Assembly: GCF_009935865.1 (NCBI RefSeq)
Contig: NZ_QWEL01000002.1
Location: forward strand, 344,426-408,425
Direction: 5' to 3'
From: Odoribacter sp. Z80
GTDB lineage: Bacteria > Bacteroidota > Bacteroidia > Bacteroidales > Marinifilaceae
Length of the DNA stretch: 64,000 nt
A model generated the notes under the pieces. It saw only the letters and a list, made by a program, of their open reading frames with translations. It was not told where the DNA came from and made no database searches. The position numbers and the translations under genes are program-made. Shown here in pieces: positions 35,701 to 43,390 of this stretch. The first letter of the stretch is position 1, and each line of letters opens with the position of its first letter.

Positions 35701-36392
35701 ACGGCTTTATCCGCATTTCCGGAGACCACCGTAGTAATCATCCCGTTCAATCCCTTAAAATTGACAGCCCAGCGCATCCGGTTCAGGAAATCGGCTTTCT
35801 CCGCCCCGGTTGTATAATGCGTACTCTGACTAATCATTTGCTCCAGGGTATCCATTAAGTAATTCCAGTGAGCCTCATTCAAATCACCGGTCACCCCGAT
35901 AACATCCCGGTATTTTCGCAAATCCCTGACCTGACCGCCCAACTGCACCTGTGAAATAAACTCTACGTGGCTGCTTCGCACCGGAGGTGTCCCCACCGAA
36001 AAATCATGCGTATCTTTAATATTCCTCAAAAGGGCCCGCGCATCCGGATTCACCATCTCCGTATCTAAAAACTCGTTAATCCTCTTTACAAACTCTCCCC
36101 GCCGTCCGCTCAGCTCAAAAGCTTTCGAATGATTATGAGGACAAAGCATCAAAGACACATCCGTATACCCCGGAATATCTTCCCTGAATTTCAGCAGATA
36201 ACGGTTAATCTCCGATTGCTGTGCCGTAGGGTCGTCCGGTTCCTCAAAACAAAGTTTCACAAAACTCGTCAGATTATCATAAATATGACGCGGCAGAAAA
36301 ATTTCCGCCCGCTCCCCTAACGATTCATACAGATTCAATAATTGCCGGGCTTCATTACTCAGAAACGCCCTGGGTTCTCCTTTGATTTTCAT
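29703..36392 (-). CDS. Giant (2229 aa) cytoplasmic multidomain protein of unknown function. The only recognisable parts are a class-I aminotransferase-fold (PLP) domain at about aa 560-960 and an HprK-like P-loop kinase domain at about aa 1670-1740.
   Basis: Single uninterrupted ORF with no signal peptide or TM segment. Aminotransferase motifs: INDPNNPTG (aa 670-678), LFLDEAYAD (aa 701-709), SLSTTKNLSATGDRLG (K748). HprK-like beta-strand plus Walker A: RHGSLFAVEENDGSIFVVEINGDSGVGKSE (aa 1671-1700), followed by VKLIAGD (HprK has LVADD). Confidence 0.6.
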   Translation of the reverse strand: MKIKGEPRAFLSNEARQLLNLYESLGERAEIFLPRHIYDNLTSFVKLCFEEPDDPTAQQSEINRYLLKFREDIPGYTDVSLMLCPHNHSKAFELSGRRGEFVKRINEFLDTEMVNPDARALLRNIKDTHDFSVGTPPVRSSHVEFISQVQLGGQVRDLRKYRDVIGVTGDLNEAHWNYLMDTLEQMISQSTHYTTGAEKADFLNRMRWAVNFKGLNGMITTVVSGNADKAVGLIRGDVFSRNSVQVLENPSAEELFEQMCVDTTSVFVVKARHMRVNPFSGEKWFPLLTRLVIVDDSKESRSSNTSLVFCFHNGIINTLNKVHTKKLGSPANTQLNLRLILENVNLSFLAEFREKIEIQIREYEKEINHILQEQLGTATDAVKRLNVFKLDVFSRKIVQDKYSLEKLRDFIYFLENCHKEDKRQVQTRELIEEFESRIRQYFYSDSPQIQVLSVLEGGGRNQIRTYGQYLLQKPLHRLDEKVYRACELILSIIPSNYERTLKNHFHKNFGINLFLEKYQAYITKVDNDANNKGRYDNFLNDLGIREKYRALSPEEQEVVKEFLSALGNLEQTSVSDSVQMIIRDLLFHPHGRPKPYVIYNAMQAWEYKDLLPDDSFDINPFDIEIENLPDGRLAYERLTDKLLRIKSTLSLFDDSGSLWDLFCENTTILINDPNNPTGYTDFNTEALNSFLKLMNTSKITLFLDEAYADSVKVTDKNMPKWRTISRYIINNINAQANIRAVSSLSTTKNLSATGDRLGALAVTPQAASVAAFVRQQNSSAHGNNNSLLMLNNLLEIAQVAKKIKDTLEGELPKNASRYKIKETLVRFINEQIGRIEKSNANSVVNRQLHKTAGFEGSPLYIFLLDELVALDKLDILALPDDFKYENEPFFVYYQKRLVENLNRFRVNKNFRSESLQRMNWAKDVAQRVVARFEGTNVTWLPSDGSYLFNFRVGEGFSYADLLCFCQYLALNRGIAAVPYPTGLVRFAIGGFLSDTEESKQVFKYELEDAFTIFVKYWTMFAGKRLAPEYKEVESHTILEEIFAYGRTQDLIEAVIGDFPLSAGFKKDKAPSLQIRDIRTLYHASPERSGVSITTIDRSVNSVIELHGDKIGSCRDVFEFIRSAAFTKVYENLLAQIYKQVPAIADLDFNTVSSKYSKAVILKYITNKKTFQPNFNVLDDPMEKNVMREILIEMEHILFSDSKVKILAIDATGSPGLDKSKLEGINVIIKKYIREILLHFNLPFEKESLEPSRKEIVRVAGETFEEIIGIQLGDLNLQIWVDEFINRLRALPEFKETLLAQKCMGYVMDSIASGMNRDGMSVTDKILFLYLLNNDHSFYRLVSAKLKYFSDKIGACEDGEVKMFTEEFITEIMPSQLKEINDYIMRRRDIKVAEGEIHRVSRKVVLFYISMIKRTKGTDYYKRYTHTLVRLVETAFMKQNSSVNEMVQHGISIYKGFEMENKALETFQGGRISWINELMRKCGVISSEQPVQEHTRIVTDAKKREYPFHKVDRLDARSKVQMEEAGPNDYLKLLDLRPDSSFFTNRLARFIANMDSDDYRCKVVKHGMVKELVIFQKGYMKYLTDNYRLNYTEDIALTDITNFVPDVISFLGAPEKLISFPQIGYFDIPGPNGNIKTIVTPLKQKVDYFGDVKKPRLTVINEKIKEIGGNPRHGSLFAVEENDGSIFVVEINGDSGVGKSEMIAAFILKWLRNNLEGVRSVKLIAGDMFHEFQDAEGNLYGIGTEVGDFSRTTDFDPDYIKYYKYLFESSADSNVEDLNSRSTVSGMCDITMPYKIDIMLSAGNYSKEEAGITRVDNPENFLLYMDAHGERKEKATSQDGPNFQRTLKRYTADKNIVDVIARHGNYLDVILDWDYVEGEKQYYLASSYKLLDKIDVTEVVNLIFDGKQFRRDGVCYTIETVSFDMIQNRFMATVSYGEGESREMKIDRKMFSSIFDSLASTPGGQPFIAEEGQLDSVLNLVRVMRGGEKGEGKARNIQCGMLSTEIGKKGREITGPQKAAMELKRMIQEVRVTRPEINEGKIRVKRLLNEKYRPIFGGEMNSSELWRYNFFIYQLENMKKADYRRMDDISRKVDMGNLVDFKPVDPKKEFSPLLVNPNLNIELSSFSETFEELMSLPNYPEFAREFSEHMDRLYIAEGYSEETNVNNMIVQLLLMEGYVTTEDVARGSVIEKVNRETIAAAKYAVVKFLEGRKMPAEVKVPERKPKRNKK

Positions 36393-36424
36393 TGTATTCT
36401 TATAGCGTGTATTTCTTCATTTCC

Positions 36425-36452
36425 AAAAAAAAGCCCGCCTTTCAGCGAGCTT
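36425..36452 (-). terminator. Strand-specific intrinsic-terminator-like hairpin plus U8 tract, 33 nt upstream of the giant gene's ATG. Either an attenuator or a leader-RNA 3' end.
   Basis: Minus-strand RNA AAGCUCGC-UGAAAG-GCGGGCUU followed by UUUUUU. The stem is 8 bp with one G-U wobble. On the plus strand that pair would be a C-A mismatch and the run would be A's. Confidence 0.5.
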
Positions 36453-36870
36453 CCTTTTCCATTATCTCTTCCTTATGCCAATAGAAGCCCGTAACGTAAC
36501 CTTACGTTTAAAATTATTATCCATAAGCTTCATTCCCTTTGACATCGTTTTATCGGATTCCTATGATTTTGCTACAATATTAAGAATTAATCTCTTAAAA
36601 TCCTCCCGTTTGTTAAAGAAACCTCAAAAAAATCAGAAAAAACCTTGAAATATAACACTTCCTTTCTTTACCCTGTAACTCCGACACGCCCCCCCTGCAA
36701 AACAAACAGAGAAACCAAACGACCGCTAAAACTTCAAAAGTCAGGATGGCACAAACTGTTAATTTTATGAAATTAATTGGCATAATGGCAGACGAATACG
36801 TAAAACAAAACAGTTTGGCTTGATTTTTGTGCTCAGACAAACTATAAATTAAGATTTACAATTTAAAACT

Positions 36871-37578
36871 ATGGAACACACTACAATGCTCGGAGGAAAC
36901 CTGTGGATCTGGGTAATCTTTATCGGGTTCACCATCATCAGCTGGCTCATCAGCAACCAATTGAAGAACCGCTTTCAAAAATATTCCAAGATACCGACAG
37001 CCAACGGAATGACAGGTCGTGACGTCGTCGAAAAAATGTTGCGGGACAACGGCATCAGCGGAGTAAAAATCGGAACCGTTGAAGGCCAGCTGACAGACCA
37101 TTACAACCCCGCCAATAAAACCATCAACCTAAGCAAAGACGTCTATTACGGAAACAGCATTGCGGCCGCTGCCGTGGCAGCCCACGAAACAGGACATGCC
37201 CTCCAGCATGCCAAAGCATACAGCATGCTGAAACTACGTTCCGCCCTCGTCCCGGCAGTCGAATTTGCCTCTCATTGGGTGCAATGGATTCTGTTGGCAG
37301 GCATCATATTAGTCAACACTTTTCCCGGATTACTGCTGGCCGGTATAGGATTGTTCGCCATCATGACCCTCTTTAGTTTCATCACCCTGCCGGTAGAAAT
37401 AGATGCCAGCCACCGGGCTTTAGCCTGGCTGCGCACCTCCGGGATTACAAGCCAGCAAACCCAAGGATACGCCTTTGATGCCCTGAAATGGGCGGCCTAC
37501 ACCTACGTCATTGCAGCCCTGGCCTCCCTCGCCACCCTCCTCTATTACATCATGATTTACATGAACCGGAGGAATTGA
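36871..37578 (+). CDS. YugP-like putative neutral zinc metallopeptidase (membrane-associated).
   Basis: HETGHALQH zinc motif and TM segments. 235 aa. Confidence 0.75.
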   Translation: MEHTTMLGGNLWIWVIFIGFTIISWLISNQLKNRFQKYSKIPTANGMTGRDVVEKMLRDNGISGVKIGTVEGQLTDHYNPANKTINLSKDVYYGNSIAAAAVAAHETGHALQHAKAYSMLKLRSALVPAVEFASHWVQWILLAGIILVNTFPGLLLAGIGLFAIMTLFSFITLPVEIDASHRALAWLRTSGITSQQTQGYAFDALKWAAYTYVIAALASLATLLYYIMIYMNRRN

Positions 37579-37633
37579 AAAAAAAACTTTACATGTTTCC
37601 CTGTTTTTATCAAGGACATAATTTCTCATAAAA

Positions 37634-37672
37634 ATAAACCGACCGAAAATTTTACTTTTCGGTCGGTTTATT
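37634..37672. terminator. Bidirectional intrinsic terminator between the convergent YugP-like gene and metK.
   Basis: Perfect hairpin aaaccgaccgaaaa-tttta-cttttcggtcggttt flanked by A- and T-runs on both sides. Confidence 0.75.
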
Positions 37673-37674
37673 TT

Positions 37675-38982
37675 TCATTGCCGGGAAGTCTTGAACTCCT
37701 TGAACACCTTTTTAACCTCATCCACATAATCCAGCTTCTCCCAGGTAAACAGTTCCACCTCTTTTTCCACGGTAGGCCAGTAATTAGAAGTAAACACCTT
37801 CTTTACCACCTGCGGGTTGCGGCCCATATGTCCGTAACTGGCTGTCTCCTGATAAATCGGATTGCTCAATTTCAGGCGTTCGACAATCGCCCGTGGACGC
37901 AAGTCAAATATTTCATTTACCTTCTCCGCAATCTCAGCATCTGTCAGTGCCACTTTCGCAGTACCATACGTATTCACATACACACCCACCGGTCTGGCAA
38001 CACCGATAGCATACGAAATCTGAATCAACATTTCATCGGCAACACCGGCTGCCACCATATTCTTCGCAATATGCCGGGCTGCATAAGCAGCAGAACGGTC
38101 CACCTTTGAAGGGTCTTTTCCGGAGAAAGCCCCGCCACCGTGCGCACCTTTACCTCCATACGTATCTACGATAATTTTCCGTCCCGTCAATCCCGTATCT
38201 CCGTGAGGTCCCCCGATTACAAACTTACCGGTAGGATTCACAAACAAAATCAGATTCTTGTCAAACAGATTTTGTACCCGCCGGGGCAACAAAGCCTTCA
38301 CCCGGGGCAATAAAATATCAATAATATCTTTTTTAATCCATTCCACCATCGCCTCATCCGCTTTCAGGCAAGCTTCCGGAGTCTCGTTTGCCGGCTGAAT
38401 AAACTCATCGTGCTGGGTGGAAATAACAATGGTATGAATACGGGCCGGCTTTCCGTCATCTCCATATTCAATCGTCACCTGCGATTTTGAGTCGGGACGC
38501 AGATATTGCATCAACTGTCCCTCCTTCCGGATCTTCGCCAGTTCGATCAACAGCAGGTGAGCCAACTCCAAAGAAAGCGGCATGTAATTATCGGTTTCAT
38601 TCGATGCATATCCGAACATCATACCCTGGTCGCCGGCTCCCTGTTCCATCGGGTCTTCCCGGACCACACCCCGGTTAATATCCGGCGATTGTTCGTGGAT
38701 AGCCGAAAACACTCCGCAGCTGTTCCCGTCAAACATATATTCGCTCTTCGTATAACCGATTTCATTGATGACCTCACGGGCCACCTGCTGAACATCCACA
38801 TAAGTTTTAGTCTTAATCTCTCCGGCAATCACCGTTTGCCCGGTAGTAACCAACGTCTCGCAAGCCACTTTTGCTTCCGGATCAAAAGCAATGATACGGT
38901 CGAGCACAGCGTCTGAAATCTGATCGGCAACCTTATCAGGATGTCCTTCCGATACGGATTCTGAAGTAAATAAATATCCCAT
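37675..38982 (-). CDS. metK: S-adenosylmethionine synthetase.
   Basis: [28 protein letters not shown]... plus the GGGAFSGKD signature. Confidence 0.95.
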   Translation of the reverse strand: MGYLFTSESVSEGHPDKVADQISDAVLDRIIAFDPEAKVACETLVTTGQTVIAGEIKTKTYVDVQQVAREVINEIGYTKSEYMFDGNSCGVFSAIHEQSPDINRGVVREDPMEQGAGDQGMMFGYASNETDNYMPLSLELAHLLLIELAKIRKEGQLMQYLRPDSKSQVTIEYGDDGKPARIHTIVISTQHDEFIQPANETPEACLKADEAMVEWIKKDIIDILLPRVKALLPRRVQNLFDKNLILFVNPTGKFVIGGPHGDTGLTGRKIIVDTYGGKGAHGGGAFSGKDPSKVDRSAAYAARHIAKNMVAAGVADEMLIQISYAIGVARPVGVYVNTYGTAKVALTDAEIAEKVNEIFDLRPRAIVERLKLSNPIYQETASYGHMGRNPQVVKKVFTSNYWPTVEKEVELFTWEKLDYVDEVKKVFKEFKTSRQ

Positions 38983-39178
38983 AATTTAATTTTAGACCTT
39001 TGATTGTAGACTGCGGATTACAACTCCCGAAACAATTGCAGATCACACATCTAAAATCATAAATTAATACTACGGGAAAGGCAATGGATGGTTGAATTCA
39101 GAAGTAATGCATTTTAGCAATTTTTTTCTGTGGTTGCAATCAGCCAAATCTTTCCACAATGACGTCGCAAAGGTACAA

Positions 39179-39215
39179 CGAAAAGCGAAAAGCGAAAAGC
39201 GAAAAGCGAAAAAAA
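39179..39215. repeat. Heptanucleotide tandem repeat (AAAAGCG)x4 plus an A7 run, in the metK/waaA divergent intergenic region.
   Basis: cg-aaaagcg-aaaagcg-aaaagcg-aaaagcg-aaaaaaa read directly. Four perfect copies. Confidence 0.9.
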
Positions 39216-39269
39216 TTCATAAAAGGTACATCCGGTTAGTCAAAGAACAAAAAAATGCGGTTTTATTTC

Positions 39270-39277
39270 TAATTTTG
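39270..39277 (+). promoter_or_regulatory. Candidate Bacteroidetes -7 promoter box (TAnnTTTG) for waaA.
   Basis: TAATTTTG sits about 33 nt upstream of the MPLLYD start codon at 39310. No clear -33 TTTG element was seen. Confidence 0.4.
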
Positions 39278-39309
39278 TGCCATTAACACTGATTAGCACA
39301 TATCCTACT

Positions 39310-40563
39310 ATGCCATTACTTTACGATACCGGAATCCGGGCTTACCATTTAGCTGTCCGATTGGCCGCACCTTTTCATGAGAAAGCCGCCTTACTGTGCA
39401 AAGGCAGGAAAGCCACCCGCCTCCGTCTCCGTGACTTTCAACGAGGCAAGGAACGGTTGGTCTGGTTTCATGCCGCCTCACTCGGAGAATTTGAACAAGG
39501 AAGACCCGTTATGGAAAAACTCAGGGAAATGGAACCGGACACCAAAATTCTGCTGACCTTTTTTTCTCCCTCAGGCTATGAAGTCAGAAAAAACTATACC
39601 GGTGCCGATTATATATACTATCTTCCGGCCGACACCCGGAAGAATGCCCGGCGCTTCCTCGCCACTGTCCGGCCCGACGCCGCCATATTCATCAAATACG
39701 AATTCTGGTATCATTTTCTCCATGAACTGCACCAACGGCAAATTCCCACCTACCTCATATCGGCAATCTTCCGGCCGGGACAACCATTTTTCAAAAGATG
39801 GGGAAGTCTGCACCGGAAAATGCTGGGTTTCTTCGACTGCCTGTATGTACAGGACGAAGCATCAGTCCGGTTGTTGAATTCCGTCGGCATCACCCGGAGC
39901 AAACAGACCGGCGATACCCGTTTCGACCGGGTAAAGCAAATAGCCTCTTCCGCCCGAAACATCGAGGCCGTAGAACGTTTCTGTGCTGGCCGGCCGGCCG
40001 TTGTATGCGGCAGTACCTGGCCTCCCGACGAAACAATCCTGACAGAATACATCAACCGGTATACCGGAGCATATAAATGGATATTGGTTCCCCACGAAAT
40101 AGGCGAAAACCACATCAAATCACTCATGGCAAAATGCCGGAAAAAAATCACCCGTTACAGTCAGCCGGAAATTCCGTTAGAAGACTGCGAAGTATTGGTC
40201 ATTGATTGTATCGGGTTACTGTCCTCCATTTACCGTTATGCCAAAATAGCCTATATCGGCGGAGGTTTCGGAGTAGGCATACACAACACACTGGAAGCTG
40301 CCGTTTACGGTATTCCGGTCATTTTCGGGCCAAACCATCAGAAATTCAATGAAGCAGTGAGCCTTCTGCGTGAAGGAGGAGCTTTTGCCATTCACAACGG
40401 CACAGAGTTGGGAGAAGTCTTAGACCGATTGCTCACCACTCCGGCCATTGCCGAAGCAGCCGGACGTCAGGCACTGGCTTATGTAGACAGCCAACTGGGA
40501 GCCACCGACATCATCAGCAAAAAACTGACAGCCAAAGGAGACAGAGAAACAAACCCATCCTAA
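39310..40563 (+). CDS. waaA: 3-deoxy-D-manno-octulosonic acid (Kdo) transferase.
   Basis: ...RLVWFHAASLGEFEQGRPVMEKL..., which is the WaaA/KdtA N-terminal signature. Start chosen at the second Met (MPLLYD), consistent with the -7 box. Confidence 0.8.
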   Translation: MPLLYDTGIRAYHLAVRLAAPFHEKAALLCKGRKATRLRLRDFQRGKERLVWFHAASLGEFEQGRPVMEKLREMEPDTKILLTFFSPSGYEVRKNYTGADYIYYLPADTRKNARRFLATVRPDAAIFIKYEFWYHFLHELHQRQIPTYLISAIFRPGQPFFKRWGSLHRKMLGFFDCLYVQDEASVRLLNSVGITRSKQTGDTRFDRVKQIASSARNIEAVERFCAGRPAVVCGSTWPPDETILTEYINRYTGAYKWILVPHEIGENHIKSLMAKCRKKITRYSQPEIPLEDCEVLVIDCIGLLSSIYRYAKIAYIGGGFGVGIHNTLEAAVYGIPVIFGPNHQKFNEAVSLLREGGAFAIHNGTELGEVLDRLLTTPAIAEAAGRQALAYVDSQLGATDIISKKLTAKGDRETNPS

Positions 40564-41900
40564 GGCTTTACCGCAAGCCACTCCTTCAACGTCTCTATCA
40601 AATCTTCCCGCGAAACCGGGTCAATATCCTTGATCCGGCAGATATGGCTCATGTCTCCCCTTACATACTTCCGGCATTTATCATTTTTTTTCAAATCCAC
40701 GGCAGTAGCATACCAAGGGTCACTTCCCCCGTAAACAAACAAAATCCTTTCGGCCTTGGTCTGCAACCAGGTATTTATTTCCTCCATCTGCCGGGTATTA
40801 AAGGGTTTTCTTACTATCCCTTCCGGCCAGGTAAAAGAAAAATCTATATTCCCCTTATCTTTCAAAAACTTCCGGAAAGGCTTAACATTATAATCATACA
40901 TGCCTGTTTCCGTCAAAGCCGCATAGAAAAAAGGCTGCATACGTTTGATATACTCATCTTCAAAAAAATCGGGAGAAGAAATCTTCACCAGGTAATCAAA
41001 AACCTCCTGCCAATCCCCTGCATCTTCCGTGTCCGGAATCTCCTCACAACTATTGCCCCATTGCCAAAAAGCAAACGGATATTCCAATATAATCAACTCC
41101 AAAGCCCTTCGCATTCCTCCCACTTTTTCATACGTGTAACCTCTTTCCGCCGCAACTTTTTCCAAACAAGGCAATAAATCATCCAGATGTTTAAAACAAA
41201 GCAATTGAAAATCCCGGATATTATAACGACAATCCTCCGGTACACTTCCCACGCCGAAAAACATCCCAACCCCTTCTTTCACAACTCCCAGTTTATTCAG
41301 GAATTTATCTAAACGCGGGTCCACATACTCCAGATTCAAAGGAGCCACATAAGGAACACTGACATCCACATCATCCGGATAAAAATAACGATGGAAAACC
41401 GTAGTCTGTCCTCCCTTGCTGATTCCCGTACTCACCCATTTGGAAGAAGGGTAAAGATGTTGTTTGATAGCCTGAATCACAGCATGGTGATCGGCGGCAG
41501 CCTGCTTTATAGTCAGATATTCCCAGGGAATACCGTCCTCCGGCACACTACTGTCAAAAAAGCGGTGTTCTATCGTCAACTGATTACCTTTCAGCAAACC
41601 AGCCAGTTCATTCTCCCTCACAGCTCCAATGGCATATCCCTCCAGCTCTGCAATGACGGGAGCCTCCGCAGCCCGATGTCCCAACAACACTTTTTGTTTA
41701 AAACTGCCGGACTCCGGACGGGTATGGTCCACCGGCTGTTCAAACCGGAATTCATAATATTCCAAAAAAGGACTTACTTCCCATTTTTTTATATCGCTCA
41801 CCTGAGGTATCTGCTGCAACCTCTCCAGAATTCCGTTTTCAGCAAACAGAACGGCTGAACAAATTACAAGAACAAACCATGTACATACAATTTTCTTCAT
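40560..41900 (-). CDS. Secreted alpha/beta-hydrolase-fold serine peptidase (S28/S37-like).
   Basis: Signal peptide from MKKIVCTWFVLVICSAVLFA (start at 41900, not the longer track ORF). Nucleophile elbow GISKGG. Length about 446 aa. Confidence 0.5.
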   Translation of the reverse strand: MKKIVCTWFVLVICSAVLFAENGILERLQQIPQVSDIKKWEVSPFLEYYEFRFEQPVDHTRPESGSFKQKVLLGHRAAEAPVIAELEGYAIGAVRENELAGLLKGNQLTIEHRFFDSSVPEDGIPWEYLTIKQAAADHHAVIQAIKQHLYPSSKWVSTGISKGGQTTVFHRYFYPDDVDVSVPYVAPLNLEYVDPRLDKFLNKLGVVKEGVGMFFGVGSVPEDCRYNIRDFQLLCFKHLDDLLPCLEKVAAERGYTYEKVGGMRRALELIILEYPFAFWQWGNSCEEIPDTEDAGDWQEVFDYLVKISSPDFFEDEYIKRMQPFFYAALTETGMYDYNVKPFRKFLKDKGNIDFSFTWPEGIVRKPFNTRQMEEINTWLQTKAERILFVYGGSDPWYATAVDLKKNDKCRKYVRGDMSHICRIKDIDPVSREDLIETLKEWLAVKP

Positions 41901-42040
41901 AACTTCACAATCCGGTATTAATTCTTTATCCGAACCCGCTCTTCTTTCTCCCCCTCTGTTTACGTCTGCAAGGTAAGAAAAAAAGGTGAAACGGGACGAA
42001 ACCGTTTCAATTTTATATCTTTGCAAAGTCTATTTTACCT

Positions 42041-43390
42041 ATGAACTACTTCCATTCCTACAAAGAACATTACCGGTCTCTGATACGTCTGGGAATTCCG
42101 ATTGTCATCGGACAAATAGGTATTGTTGTCGTCGGGCTTGCCGACAACATCATGATAGGCCAATTCGACACCCTGCACCTGGCTGCTGCTTCCTTTGTCA
42201 ACAGTGCTTTCAATATTCCTATCCTTTTCGGGCTGGGATTCTCCTACGGACTGACCCCTCTCATCGGACAATACTTCGGCAGAAGGGATAAATTCCACGT
42301 AGGGCAACTACTGCGTAACAGCCTGCTGGTCAACTTTTGCATAGGACTACTGCTGACCCTTATCATGGGAGTAGTATGGCTGAACATAGACCAATTAGGA
42401 CAACCGGAAGAACTTTTACCCTTAATCCGGCCTTATTTCTCACTGCAACTGGCTTCCCTCGTCTTTGTCATGTTGTTCAACTCTTTCAAACAATTTGCCG
42501 ACGGCATCACGGACACCCGAACGCCGATGTACATCATGCTCTCTGCCAATGTACTCAACATCGCAGGAAATTATATCCTGATTTACGGGAAATTCGGACT
42601 GCCCGCCTTAGGAATCGTGGGAGCCGGCATTTCCACCTTAGCCGCCCGCATCGTCATGCTGGCAGCCTTTGCCATACTTTTTTACAGGAGCGTCCGCTAT
42701 CGCCGTTACCTTGCCGGATATAAAAAAAGCCGCTACAATCTTCCGGACATTCTTTCGCTCAACAAAATGGGATGGATGGTGGGAATACAGATGGGACTGG
42801 AAACGGCTCTCTTCGGGCTCACCGGTATTATGATCGGCTGGCTGGGAAGTATAGCTCTGGCAGCCCACCAGATTATGATTGCCATCTCCACGCTGGGATT
42901 TATGATTTATTACGGCATAGGGGCCGCCATTTCTGTACGGATAAGCCATTTTTTCGGACAAGGAGACCTTGTCAACGTCCGCCGCACCACCGCAGCCGGT
43001 TTTCATCTGATTCTGGTGTTGGCCCTGACAGCTTCCGTTCTTTTCCTCTCTTCCCAAAATTTTATCGGGTATCTCTTCACCACTTCACCGGAAGTCACTC
43101 ATCTTGTCTCAACACTGATAATCATCTTAGTAGCCTACCAATTCGGCGACGCCCTGCAAATCACCTATGCCAACTCCCTGCGGGGCATCGGAGACGTGGT
43201 CTCTATGGCAGTGATTTCCTTCGTCGGCTACCTGCTCATTGCACTGCCTGTTTGTTATCTCTGCGGCTTCATTCTGAAAGGAGGAATCACCGGCATCTGG
43301 ATCGGCTACCCGGTAGGGCTAACCTTAACAGGCGCATTATTATGCATCAGGTACTACCGCCGGACCCGGAACGGGGCTCCGCTTCGTTAA
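42041..43390 (+). CDS. MATE family efflux transporter.
   Basis: 12-TM architecture beginning ...LIRLGIPIVIGQIGIVVVGLADNIMIGQF... Confidence 0.85.
   Translation: MNYFHSYKEHYRSLIRLGIPIVIGQIGIVVVGLADNIMIGQFDTLHLAAASFVNSAFNIPILFGLGFSYGLTPLIGQYFGRRDKFHVGQLLRNSLLVNFCIGLLLTLIMGVVWLNIDQLGQPEELLPLIRPYFSLQLASLVFVMLFNSFKQFADGITDTRTPMYIMLSANVLNIAGNYILIYGKFGLPALGIVGAGISTLAARIVMLAAFAILFYRSVRYRRYLAGYKKSRYNLPDILSLNKMGWMVGIQMGLETALFGLTGIMIGWLGSIALAAHQIMIAISTLGFMIYYGIGAAISVRISHFFGQGDLVNVRRTTAAGFHLILVLALTASVLFLSSQNFIGYLFTTSPEVTHLVSTLIIILVAYQFGDALQITYANSLRGIGDVVSMAVISFVGYLLIALPVCYLCGFILKGGITGIWIGYPVGLTLTGALLCIRYYRRTRNGAPLR

Noticed and set aside
38983-39178. I looked for a SAM riboswitch in the metK leader (the minus strand of this region).
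   Set aside because: I could not find the SAM-I core elements (GAGGGA...GGCCC...GCAACC). I cannot exclude SAM-II/V without a covariance-model scan, so nothing is called.
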